From NCBI GenBank assembly GCA_963833985.1, contig CAWIAD010000002.1, positions 544,001 through 608,000 on the forward strand: a stretch of DNA of 64,000 nt, read 5' to 3'. Both the position numbers and the translations under genes were made by a program. The notes below the pieces were generated by a model. That model saw nothing but the letters and a program-made list of their open reading frames with translations. It had not been told where the DNA came from and did no database searches. This stretch comes from an uncultured Planctomycetaceae bacterium (GTDB lineage: Bacteria > Planctomycetota > Planctomycetia > Isosphaerales > Isosphaeraceae). Within the stretch, counting starts at the first letter, position 1, and each line of letters starts with the position of its first letter. Positions 1 to 9,079 of the stretch are shown in pieces.

Positions 1-2
1 TG

Positions 3-608
3 GTGCGGACTGCAAGGGCGGCCGTGGGTGATCATGTCGAGCTCATGGTCGACGCCGGCGGCAGCGAGCAGTTCTGGCCGCACGGCGTGAACTGGGCCCG
101 GAACACCGCCAAGATGCTGGCGGATTACGGCATTGTCTGGTTCGAGGAACCGCTCCCGCCCGATGATCTCGAGGGCTATATCGACCTGACTCGCGTGTCG
201 CCGGTACCGATTGCCGGCGGCGAGGTGCTCACGCGCCGGCAGGCCTTCCGTCCCTGGATCGAACGCAGGGCCGTGGACATCCTTCAGCCGGACTGCACAA
301 AGAACGGCGGCCTGAGCGAGTCGCGGCGGATTGCCTGGCTCGCCCACGATCATAACGTCCAGGTCGTCCCCCACGGCTGGAACACGGCCATCGGACTGGC
401 GGCTGACCTTCAGTTCTCGGCGTCGATCCCCGTCGCGCGCTACGTCGAGTTCCTGACGCCTTGCGCTTACATCGACTCCATCACCACCGAGCCATTCCGG
501 CTCGACACCGAGGGACAACTCATGATCCCCCAGCGCCCCGGGCTGGGCGTCCACATCGACCCGGAAAAGCTCGCGCGGTACTGCCCGCTACCATCGATCT
601 TCTCGTGA
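3..608 (+). CDS. Mandelate racemase/muconate lactonizing enzyme family (enolase superfamily), 5'-truncated by window edge
   Basis: LMVDA, WFEEP, IAGGE, DILQPD, VVPHGW and P..PGLGV motifs of the enolase-superfamily barrel. Confidence 0.85.
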   Translation: MRTARAAVGDHVELMVDAGGSEQFWPHGVNWARNTAKMLADYGIVWFEEPLPPDDLEGYIDLTRVSPVPIAGGEVLTRRQAFRPWIERRAVDILQPDCTKNGGLSESRRIAWLAHDHNVQVVPHGWNTAIGLAADLQFSASIPVARYVEFLTPCAYIDSITTEPFRLDTEGQLMIPQRPGLGVHIDPEKLARYCPLPSIFS

Positions 609-721
609 CCCCGGGTCCGGGCGAGCAGTGCCGGTCACGCCTGGGTTCCCTGGCAGTGAGCCGAACTCCGGGAATCGCCGCCAGCGCCCACGCCGGGGCC
701 AGTGCCGTGAACGCCCTGAGC

Positions 722-777
722 TTGACGTCCAGCGTCAGACCGGTCATCCTGGACGCACAACTTTGCAATACAAAGTT
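722..777 (+). promoter_or_regulatory. Possible sigma70 promoter with a downstream palindromic operator for the permease gene
   Basis: TTGACG (722-727), 17 bp, CATCCT (745-750), then the AT-rich inverted repeat AACTTTG-N5-CAAAGTT (759-777). Confidence 0.4.
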
Positions 778-839
778 ATAGGGCGGGTCCCCGCCCTCCG
801 GCAGATCAACCAGGTGCGTATCGGGAGGTTGAAACCGCG

Positions 840-2576
840 ATGCGATGGGCAGATCCCGGACCCGTGTTCTGGAGCGAGTCGCAGCGCATTGCGCGGCAAT
901 GGAGGTTCTACGCATTTCGGTCGTTCCTGGTGGGTGGGCTTTTCCTCGGCCTGGGTGTTGTGACTGGTATCGGTGTCCGGCAGCTCGATCTTCGTCAGGT
1001 CGGCGAAGCGGCCAGGGTCGGCGAGTGGTACTTCGAGGTCATTGCCGCGGTTCAGGTTTCCCTGGTGCTGCTGGCTGCCCCGGCAGCGACCGCCGGGGCC
1101 TTCTGCACGGACATGGCGCGCGGTCATGTCGGCATCATGCTCGTCAGCGGTATCAGCCCGGCGCAGATTGTCTTCGGAACCCTGGGTGCGCGGTTGCTTC
1201 ACCTGCTGGGAGCCGTGTCCTGCGTCGTTCCGGTGCTCTGCGTTGCGTCGTCCCTCGGCGGAGTACCGCCGCAGTCCCTCATCCGTCTGGAGCTCGTCAC
1301 TCTGGGAACGGCCGTGCTTGGCTGTACCGTGGCCCTGGTGGTGTCGATCGTTTCAAGACGGCTTCACGAGAGTCTCATGGCCACGTATACTCTCCTTGCC
1401 GGCTGGGTGATGGGCTACGGCATCCTCTTCATGATCCGGACGACTGCCGCGGGGCGCCTGCTCCCGGCGGGATGGACGCCCTGGCTCCTGAAGGTCAATC
1501 CCTACTGGCTGGCGCTGGAGCCGGTCGTCAGCCCGGGCAGCTTCAAGCCCGGCGAGGAGTGGAGCTTTCTCGCGGGCTCGATCACCCTCTCTCTGGCACT
1601 CGCCACGGTCGCCTGCTGGCGCCTGCAAGCGGCAACGCTCGCCGAGCTTTCACCGCTTCGCAGGCGATCGTGGTTTTCGCGCGTTTCCGTCTTCAGCTCG
1701 ATTGTCAGTCTCGATGCCTCTCCGGTTTTCTGGCGCGAGTGCCGCTCGGCGCCTTCCTCGTTCTGGTTCCGCTTGATCTGGGGCTTCTACGTTGTCGGAG
1801 CCCTGGTCTTCACGGTGCTTGCGGTTGCCGAGTGCACCGCCTCGGGAACGAGGCGCACGGTCTGGGTGCGCCCGTTCAATGGCTTCCAGGCCGCGGTGGG
1901 TCTCGGCCTGCTCAGCCTGCTCACGCCAGCCGCGCTGGCCGAGGAGCGCGCCCGCGGCAGTCTCGACGTGCTGCTCGCGACGCCCGTCTCGACTCGCTCT
2001 CTGGTCCTGAGCAAGTGGCTGGCTTGCTACCGCATCGTACCGCTCCTGGCATTGCCGCCCGCGGTTGTAGCGGCGGCTCATGTTTTGCCCGTGGAGCGCT
2101 GGCCAGGGGTGTTGCTGGTAGCCGGCATGGTGCTGGCCCACGGCGCGGCCGTGACCAGCCTGGGGCTCGCCCTGGCCACGTGGTCCCCGCGCGTGGACCG
2201 GGCCTTGATGCTGTCGGCGACTGCCTCGGTACTGATCACCGTGGGCTGGATTCCTCTGGTCTTGCTCCTCTTCCGCGACAAAACAGTAGCCGTGGGCATG
2301 GCCATGGCAAGTCCGCTCTTCGGGGTCGTCCAGATCACTTCCGACCTGGCAACGGCTTCCCCCGCCGAATGGCGTCTGCACGCGCGCTGGGCGCTGCTAT
2401 GGATCGGCCTGCTCAGCGCGCTCTCCCTCACCTTGCTGCTGGCAACCCTGAGCACTTTCAACCGTTGCGTGGGCCGGATCACGCTGCGAGCCCCCGGGGT
2501 GGAACTGCATCGCCAACCCGCGTCCATGCCGCCAGAACTGACGGCTCACGCAACAAGCTCTCTTGCGGCGCGCTGA
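840..2576 (+). CDS. ABC-2 type transporter permease (two-repeat, planctomycete type)
   Basis: Many TM helices; GPVF..E..R start; 'ALAEERARGSLDVLLATPVS..LVLSKW' ABC-2 permease motif, repeated in degenerate form in the N-terminal half. Confidence 0.75.
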   Translation: MRWADPGPVFWSESQRIARQWRFYAFRSFLVGGLFLGLGVVTGIGVRQLDLRQVGEAARVGEWYFEVIAAVQVSLVLLAAPAATAGAFCTDMARGHVGIMLVSGISPAQIVFGTLGARLLHLLGAVSCVVPVLCVASSLGGVPPQSLIRLELVTLGTAVLGCTVALVVSIVSRRLHESLMATYTLLAGWVMGYGILFMIRTTAAGRLLPAGWTPWLLKVNPYWLALEPVVSPGSFKPGEEWSFLAGSITLSLALATVACWRLQAATLAELSPLRRRSWFSRVSVFSSIVSLDASPVFWRECRSAPSSFWFRLIWGFYVVGALVFTVLAVAECTASGTRRTVWVRPFNGFQAAVGLGLLSLLTPAALAEERARGSLDVLLATPVSTRSLVLSKWLACYRIVPLLALPPAVVAAAHVLPVERWPGVLLVAGMVLAHGAAVTSLGLALATWSPRVDRALMLSATASVLITVGWIPLVLLLFRDKTVAVGMAMASPLFGVVQITSDLATASPAEWRLHARWALLWIGLLSALSLTLLLATLSTFNRCVGRITLRAPGVELHRQPASMPPELTAHATSSLAAR

Positions 2577-2636
2577 ATCTTAAACAATAATTTGACAAGC
2601 CTGCCTGAACTCCACGACAAGGGGCCGAGACCCAGC

Positions 2637-5189
2637 ATGAGAGCCGTGCCGAACCTGTGCGTCATGATGGCCGTCCTCGGGCTCAGCCTCGGCCCAAGGG
2701 TCATGGCGGATGAGCGGTTGACGTTCGAGCGCGACGTCCGACCGATTCTCAAGGAGTTCTGCCTCGACTGCCACGGTGGCGGCGATGCCCCAAAGGGTCA
2801 GCTCGACCTGAGACTGAAACGCCTTGCCGAGCGCGGCGGGGACAGCGGTCCGGCGATCGTGGCGGGCAAGCCGGAAGAAAGCTATCTGCTGGACCGGCTG
2901 CGGGATGCCGAGATGCCCCCGGGCGAGAAGAAGGTCTCGCGCGAGAAGATCGCCGTGATCGAGCGCTGGATCGCTCAGGGCGCCGCCACAGTCCGACCCG
3001 AGCCGCAGCAGTTGCCGCCCGGTATCGACATCTCGCCGGAAGAGCGCTCGCACTGGGCCTACCAACCGATCCGCAGGCCGGTGCCGCCGTCCTTTCGTGG
3101 CGAGGACCGGGTGCGCACGCCGATCGATGCGCTTGTGTCCCGGCGATTGCGTGAGCACGGATTCTCCCTCGCTCCAGACGCCGATCGGCGGACCCTCATC
3201 CGCCGCGCCTCGTACGACCTCACGGGTCTGCCGCCGACCCAACGCGCGCTCGAGACTTTCCTTGCCGATACAAGGAGCGACGCGTACGAGCGGCTCATCG
3301 ACCTGCTCCTCGACTCGCCACGCTATGGCGAGCGGTGGGCGCGGCACTGGCTGGATACGGCCGGCTATGCGGACTCCGATGGTAACGGCAACGAGGATAC
3401 CGACCGTCCTTATGCCTACAAGTACCGCGACTACGTCATCCGGGCGTTCAACGCCGACAAACCGCTCGACCAGTTCCTCATCGAGCAGCTTGCCGGCGAC
3501 GAGCTGGTGCCCCGGCCCTGGAACAACCTCACGCCCCGCCAGGCGGAGACGCTGGCCGCCACGGGCTTCCTGCGGATGGCGGCCGACGGCACCTCGTCGA
3601 GCGCAGGCGACATGGCCCTGGCGTCCAACCAGGTCGTGGCCGACACGCTGAAGATCGTGGGCTCGACGCTGCTGGGCCTCACCGTCGGCTGCGCCCAGTG
3701 CCACGATCATCGCTATGATCCGATCCCCCAGTCCGACTATTACCGGCTTCGCGCCGTGTTCGAGCCGGCACTCGATCCCCAGCACTGGCGGAGACCGGGG
3801 CAGCGCCTCGTCTCCCTCTACCACGATGCCGATCGCGCCCGCGCCGCGGCCATCGGGGCGGAAGTCGGCAAGCTCCAGGCCGAGGTCGACAAGAAAACGG
3901 CGAAGTTCGTTGCGGTCGCGCTCGAGAAAGAGCTGGGAAAGTTCCCCGAGCCCCTGCGTACCAGGCTGCGGCTGGCACGTCAGACCGCGGCAGAGAAGCG
4001 CACGGCCGAGCAGAAGGCGCTGCTGGCTTCCCATCCCAGTGTGAACCTCACGGCCGGCGTGCTCTACCAGTACAACCAGGCCGCGGCCGATGAGCTCAAG
4101 AAAGACCAGGCTCGCGTCAATGCCAAGCGTGCGGAGATGCCCGTCGAGGACTTCGTGGGCGTGGCCGACGAGCAGCCCGGTCTGCGGCCAGAGACCCACC
4201 TGTTTCATCGTGGCGATCATCGCCAGCCCAGGCAGGTTGTTGTACCGGGTGATCTGACCATCGCCGCGGCTGACGGCACACGCTTGGAGATCCGCGACGC
4301 CCCCGGCAACGCACCAAGCTCGGGCAGGCGACTAGCCTACGCTCAGCATCTGGTCAGCGGCCGGCATCCCCTGCTTGGCCGCGCGCTGGTCAATCGCGTC
4401 TGGCTGCATCACTTCGGCCGCGGCCTGGTGGCAACCCCGGGCGACTTCGGCACGCTCGGTTCGCGGCCGACGCACCCCGAGCTGCTGGACTGGCTGGCCG
4501 ACGAGCTCGCGGCCTCCGGCTGGAGCCTGAAGCGGCTGCACCGGCTGATCATGTGCTCGACGGTGTACCGGCAGTCGTCGCGCCGCAATCCGGCGTTCGA
4601 CGCCCTGGATTCCGAGAATGCCCTCCTGGGTCGCTATCCCGTGCGCAGGCTCGACGCGGAATCGCTCCGCGACAGCATCCTGCTCCTGAGTGGACGGCTC
4701 GACCCGACGCTGTACGGCCCGGCGGTGGCGGTGGCCGAGGACTCCGTCGGCCTCGTCAACCCCGCCAACGACTCGCCCAGGCGGAGCATTTATCTTCAGG
4801 TCAAACGCACGCGGCCGGTGTCGCTGCTCGCGGCGTTCAACGCGCCGGTCATGACGGTGAACTGCGAGCGCCGGGTTCCCAGCACGACTGCATTGCAATC
4901 GCTTATGCTCATGAATAGCGATTTTGTACTCAAGGCCGCCAGCGCGATGGCCGCGGGGCTCCAATCGGGAGTCGCGAAATCTGACCTCGCCCGGCAGATC
5001 GAGCAGGCGTGGCAGCGCGTGTACCAGCGTCCGATCACGACCGAGGAGCTGGACTGGGCGCAGGGCTTCGCGGCCGAACAGCGTGCCGCGCTCGATCGCA
5101 CCGGAGCCGCCGGCGACCGGAGCCTGTCCGCGCTTGCCAGCCTGGTCCAGCAACTTCTTGACTCCAACGAGTTTCTCTATGTGGATTGA
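2637..5189 (+). CDS. Planctomycete cytochrome c / DUF1549 / DUF1553 (PSD1) domain protein
   Basis: Signal peptide, TFERDVRPILKEFCLDCHG (CxxCH), YGERWARHWLD, CAQCHDH.YDPI, NRVWLHHFGRGLV, HPELLDWLA; start placed at ATG 2637 (ORF track 2592). Confidence 0.92.
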   Translation: MRAVPNLCVMMAVLGLSLGPRVMADERLTFERDVRPILKEFCLDCHGGGDAPKGQLDLRLKRLAERGGDSGPAIVAGKPEESYLLDRLRDAEMPPGEKKVSREKIAVIERWIAQGAATVRPEPQQLPPGIDISPEERSHWAYQPIRRPVPPSFRGEDRVRTPIDALVSRRLREHGFSLAPDADRRTLIRRASYDLTGLPPTQRALETFLADTRSDAYERLIDLLLDSPRYGERWARHWLDTAGYADSDGNGNEDTDRPYAYKYRDYVIRAFNADKPLDQFLIEQLAGDELVPRPWNNLTPRQAETLAATGFLRMAADGTSSSAGDMALASNQVVADTLKIVGSTLLGLTVGCAQCHDHRYDPIPQSDYYRLRAVFEPALDPQHWRRPGQRLVSLYHDADRARAAAIGAEVGKLQAEVDKKTAKFVAVALEKELGKFPEPLRTRLRLARQTAAEKRTAEQKALLASHPSVNLTAGVLYQYNQAAADELKKDQARVNAKRAEMPVEDFVGVADEQPGLRPETHLFHRGDHRQPRQVVVPGDLTIAAADGTRLEIRDAPGNAPSSGRRLAYAQHLVSGRHPLLGRALVNRVWLHHFGRGLVATPGDFGTLGSRPTHPELLDWLADELAASGWSLKRLHRLIMCSTVYRQSSRRNPAFDALDSENALLGRYPVRRLDAESLRDSILLLSGRLDPTLYGPAVAVAEDSVGLVNPANDSPRRSIYLQVKRTRPVSLLAAFNAPVMTVNCERRVPSTTALQSLMLMNSDFVLKAASAMAAGLQSGVAKSDLARQIEQAWQRVYQRPITTEELDWAQGFAAEQRAALDRTGAAGDRSLSALASLVQQLLDSNEFLYVD

Positions 5190-6633
5190 TCCCCGCACAC
5201 AAAGCCGTCGCGCCTTCCTGGCCAGCACCTCGTTTGGCGTTGGTGCCGTCGCGCTCGCGGACCTGATGCGGCAGGAGGGGCTGCTGGCCGACACGGTCAA
5301 GAAGCCCGGCGAGAACCTGCCGCTGGACCTCCACCCGCGGGCGCCTCACTTCGCCCCCAGGGCGACGGCCCTGATCTCGCTGTTCATGCACGGGGGCCCG
5401 TCGCACGTCGACCTGTTCGATCCCAAGCCCCAGTTGAGCCGGTCCCACGGCACCGAGTACGGCGGCGATGTTGTCTTCAGTTTCGTCAACCGCGCCAGCA
5501 AGAAGCTCTTCGGCTCACCCTGGAAGTTCTCCAGGCACGGCCAGTGCGGCACGGAGGTCTCCGAGCTCCTGCCCGAGACGGCCCGCATCGTCGACGACCT
5601 GTGTGTGCTCCGCTCGATGCACACCGGGCACAACGGGCACGAGGTCTCCATTCGCTACTTCCACGGTGGCCTGCCGGCCATTGCCGGACGGCCCACGATG
5701 GGAAGCTGGATCGTCTACGGCCTGGGCAGCGAATCGAGGTCGCTGCCGTCATACATGGTCCTGGCCGATCCCGAGGGCCATCCCGTGGACGGCACGATTA
5801 ACTGGTCGAGCGGGTTCATGCCCACGCTCTACCAGGGGACGGTGCTCCGCGCCCAGGAGCCCAGGATCCTCAACCTCGACCCGCCTGGCCAGCTCGCTGG
5901 ATTGCCTCAGCGGCAGAACCTGGCGTTCCTCGACCGGCTCAATCGCCGCCACCTGGCACAGCACCCGGGCGAATCCGACCTGGAATCTCGGATCCACAGC
6001 TACGAGCTGGCCGCGGCCATGCAGACGGCGGCGAAGGAGGCGCTCGACATTTCGAGCGAGCCCGCGCACATCCGCCGGCTCTACGGCCTGGATGACGATG
6101 CGACCCGGGAATACGGCACGCGCTGTTTGATCGCCCGCAGGCTGGTGGAGCGCGGAGTACGCTTCGTACAGCTCTTTCTGGGTGGCCAGCCGTGGGATCA
6201 CCACACCGCCATTCGCCAGAGTTTGCCTGCCATCTGCCGGCGCACCGACCGGCCGGCAGCGGCGTTGGTGACGGATCTCAAGCAGCGCGGACTGCTGGAC
6301 ACGACGCTGGTGCACTGGGGCGGCGAGATCGGCCGGTTGCCGGTCAGCGAGGGAAGCCTCGACGCCAGCGCCGGGCGCGACCACAACGGCCAGGGCTTCT
6401 CAATCTGGATGGCCGGCGGCGGCATCCAGGGCGGCCAGACTTTTGGCGCCACCGACGAGGTCGGCCATCGCGCGGTCGAGAACGTCGTCACCCCCAACGA
6501 CTTTCAGGCCACGGTCCTGCACCTCTTCGGCCTGGACCACAACCGGTTGGTGTACCACGCCAGCGGCCGCGAGCAGCGCCTCACCGACGGCCGACCGGCC
6601 CGCGTCGTCAAGGAGATCCTGAGGAACGCGTGA
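5179..6633 (+). CDS. DUF1501 domain protein (Tat signal)
   Basis: SRRAFL Tat motif, LFMHGGPSHVDLFDPKP, ARRLVERGVRFVQ, WDHH, GRDHN; ATG 5179 overlaps the upstream stop; canonical partner of the PSD1 gene. Confidence 0.92.
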   Translation: MWIDPRTQSRRAFLASTSFGVGAVALADLMRQEGLLADTVKKPGENLPLDLHPRAPHFAPRATALISLFMHGGPSHVDLFDPKPQLSRSHGTEYGGDVVFSFVNRASKKLFGSPWKFSRHGQCGTEVSELLPETARIVDDLCVLRSMHTGHNGHEVSIRYFHGGLPAIAGRPTMGSWIVYGLGSESRSLPSYMVLADPEGHPVDGTINWSSGFMPTLYQGTVLRAQEPRILNLDPPGQLAGLPQRQNLAFLDRLNRRHLAQHPGESDLESRIHSYELAAAMQTAAKEALDISSEPAHIRRLYGLDDDATREYGTRCLIARRLVERGVRFVQLFLGGQPWDHHTAIRQSLPAICRRTDRPAAALVTDLKQRGLLDTTLVHWGGEIGRLPVSEGSLDASAGRDHNGQGFSIWMAGGGIQGGQTFGATDEVGHRAVENVVTPNDFQATVLHLFGLDHNRLVYHASGREQRLTDGRPARVVKEILRNA

Positions 6634-6649
6634 AACGTCCGGGTAGATT

Positions 6650-6945
6650 TCACGGCAGCAGATCCACCACCGCGATCGTGCCGGCAAACTGCCCGTCGAT
6701 CGTGACCGGCACGACCTGCCCGGGCGAAACATCGACACGGTTGCAATAGACGCCCGCGGCAGGGTCGGCGGCGGTGTGAACCTCGAGCTGACGGTCGCGC
6801 AGGTTCAAGACCCAATACACCGGGATCTCGGCGCGCGCGTACATTTCCAGCTTCTTGCCACGGTCGGTGGCCAGGCTCTTCTCCGCCACCTCGACCACCA
6901 GGCAACAATCCGCGGCCGTGGCATCGCGCGAGGCGTCATACTCGA
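6650..6945 (-). pseudogene. Uma2/DUF820 family endonuclease, 3' remnant
   Basis: LVVEVAEKSLATDRGKKLEMYARAEIPVYWVLNLRDRQLEVH is the C-terminal half of Uma2; the upstream half is replaced by the repeat array. Confidence 0.85.
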
Positions 6946-7340
6946 AGGATAAGGCGAAGGATAAGGAAGGATAAAAGGTGATAAGGGGCCACCCACGCTT
7001 CTGAGAGTGATAAGGGAGAGTGATAAGGAGTGATAAGGGGCCACCCACACTTCTGGCCTCCTACTCAAGAGTGATAAGGTGATAAGTGATAATAAGTGAT
7101 AAGGGGCCACCCACACTTCTGGCCTCCTACTTAAGTGATAAGGTGATAAGGAAGGTGATAAGAAGGTGATAAGGGGCCACCCACACTTCTGGCCTCCTAC
7201 TGGACAAACGGCTTCGACTTGGATACGTTTGTTCATTATGAGATGGGCCAGGTCGAAGTCGACCGCAGGAGGATAAGAGCAGGAGGATAACAAGGATAAG
7301 CAAGGATAAGCACAGGATAAGGGCCACCCACACTTCCTTC
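6946..7340 (-). repeat. Left end-repeat array of the RAYT-like element
   Basis: Five copies of (G)GGGCCACCCAC(A/G)CTTC at about 6985, 7037, 7103, 7173 and 7321, each preceded by several short units ending in GATAA(G). Confidence 0.95.
7201..7229 (+). promoter_or_regulatory. Second, diverged copy of the RAYT sigma70-type promoter
   Basis: TGGACA (7201-7206), 17 bp, TACGTT (7224-7229). Confidence 0.55.
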
Positions 7341-7346
7341 AGGTAC

Positions 7347-7375
7347 TGGACAAACGGTGCCGGATTAGGTACGTT
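7347..7375 (+). promoter_or_regulatory. Sigma70-type promoter of the RAYT-like transposase
   Basis: TGGACA (7347-7352), 17 bp, TACGTT (7370-7375); hexamers and spacing match the copy at 7201 although the spacer sequence differs; AGGAG RBS before ATG 7448. Confidence 0.65.
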
Positions 7376-7447
7376 TGATCATCACTAGGCGGACCAGGTC
7401 GAAGTCGACCGGGTCACCGATCGTCAGTCGATCAGGAGCACACCAGC

Positions 7448-8815
7448 ATGGCACGGCGGAATCGTGCGGAAGTCGTCGTCGCGGATGAGATGGGGGTCTA
7501 CCACTGTGTGCAGCGGATCGTACGCAGGGCGTTTCTCTGCGGGGTCGATCCGCTCTCAGGCAAGTCCTACGATCATCGCAGGGCATGGATCCGGGACCGC
7601 CTCGAGTCGCTCGCGGGGCTCTTCGGCGTGGAGATCGCCGCCTTTGCGGTGATGTCCAACCATCTTCATGTGATGCTCCGCATCCGTCCTGATGTGGTCA
7701 TGCTCTGGCCCGATCACGAGGTCGCCAGGCGCTGGCTGGTCCTCTTCCCCGGCCGGGTGGAGACCACGCCGGATCCCTCCACAATCCCGACCGCCATGGC
7801 CTGGCCGGTCGAACAGCACGGTCCAAGCCAGGCACCCGGCACCACGGCCTTGCCCTCCAGCGGAGCATTCACCGACCCGCTGGAACAGGCGGTCGCCATC
7901 CTCACCGCGGATCCTTCGCTGATGGCAACGATCCGCGGCCGACTCTCCAGTCTCTCATGGTTCATGCGTGCCCTGGCCGAGCCGATCGCCCGCCGGGCCA
8001 ACCGCGAGGACCGCTGCACCGGCCGCTTCTGGGAGGGCCGGTTCAAGTCGCAACGGCTGCTGGACGAGGCGGCCTTGCTGGCGTGCAGCATCTACGTCGA
8101 TCTGAACCCGATTCGCGCCGGGCTGTCTGATCGACCGGAGACCAGCGAGTTGACTTCCGCCCACGAGCGGATCATGGCCCTGCTCCAGGATGTCCCAGCC
8201 CACTGTGCACCCAGCGCATCACGTCTTGACGTCAGTCCTGTGGCAGTGGCACGGCCGAACGAGGCTCTGTCGTCTGCGGCGGAACAGGATACGCAAGTGC
8301 TTGTGGGAGAACCCCCTGTGGCGTCACCGGCTGCGGAAACCGTCCGCCGGGCCCGACCGCGCGAACACGAACGCGAGCAGGCTCACATGACGCTCCGCGA
8401 TGGCTGGCTCAGCCCGATCGAGCTGGATGAGCGCACCGAGCCGCTGACCACAGCCATGGCAGAACCGCGAGCGGCCGCGGCCGAGACGCCGGGCGAGCCG
8501 ACGCGAGCGCGGCGGGCCAGCAATCGCGGGCTGCTGCCGATGACGCTGGAGAACTACCTCGATTTGCTGGACTGGACGGGTCGACAAATGCGAACCGGGA
8601 GCCTTGGCGTGATACCCGCGGGGCTGGCGTCGCTTCTCGATCGGCTGCAAATCTGCGCCGGGACATGGCTGGAGACAGTGACGCGGTTCGGCCGCCGGTT
8701 CCACCGCGCGGTGGGGCTGGCAGACCACCTGAAGGCGGAAGCTCAGCGGCTGGGCGTGACCTGGCTGCACGGCGTCCGCTGGAGCCAGCAAGCGTTCGCA
8801 CCACCCGGTTCGTGA
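7448..8815 (+). CDS. RAYT-like HUH (Y1, IS200/IS605 superfamily) transposase, long form
   Basis: YHCVQRIVRRAFLCG, FAVMSNHLHVML (HUH), SLSWFMR, GRFWEGRFKSQ.LLDE, YVDLNPIRA (catalytic Tyr), YLDLLDWTGR. Confidence 0.9.
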   Translation: MARRNRAEVVVADEMGVYHCVQRIVRRAFLCGVDPLSGKSYDHRRAWIRDRLESLAGLFGVEIAAFAVMSNHLHVMLRIRPDVVMLWPDHEVARRWLVLFPGRVETTPDPSTIPTAMAWPVEQHGPSQAPGTTALPSSGAFTDPLEQAVAILTADPSLMATIRGRLSSLSWFMRALAEPIARRANREDRCTGRFWEGRFKSQRLLDEAALLACSIYVDLNPIRAGLSDRPETSELTSAHERIMALLQDVPAHCAPSASRLDVSPVAVARPNEALSSAAEQDTQVLVGEPPVASPAAETVRRARPREHEREQAHMTLRDGWLSPIELDERTEPLTTAMAEPRAAAAETPGEPTRARRASNRGLLPMTLENYLDLLDWTGRQMRTGSLGVIPAGLASLLDRLQICAGTWLETVTRFGRRFHRAVGLADHLKAEAQRLGVTWLHGVRWSQQAFAPPGS

Positions 8816-9079
8816 GCCCGTGGGTCCCCGCCTCGTTTCGAGCGATCGCGGCAAGTCTGGTAGGCCAGGTCTGATCGAGGCCGTGTGACCATCGCGGTCC
8901 TCGATTCGCGAATTCGGCACCGATGGCCAGTGCTCCGTCGCGTGGAAGGATTGTCCACGCCCGCGCAGCGAGCCTCCGCACGTTTTTGCTCCTCCAAGTT
9001 CGGGTCTGGGATGTCGGGACGCGCCGGGAGTGACTCACCGCCGCGGCGCGAGCATCCTGCAGAATGTGGGTGGCCCTAA

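Noticed and set aside
6978..7200. CRISPR-like repeat/spacer look (about 36-nt repeat with 15-35-nt gaps)
   Set aside because: The gaps are GATAAG reiterations rather than unique spacers, repeat lengths vary, no cas gene is in the window, and the motif recurs inverted on the other side of the transposase.
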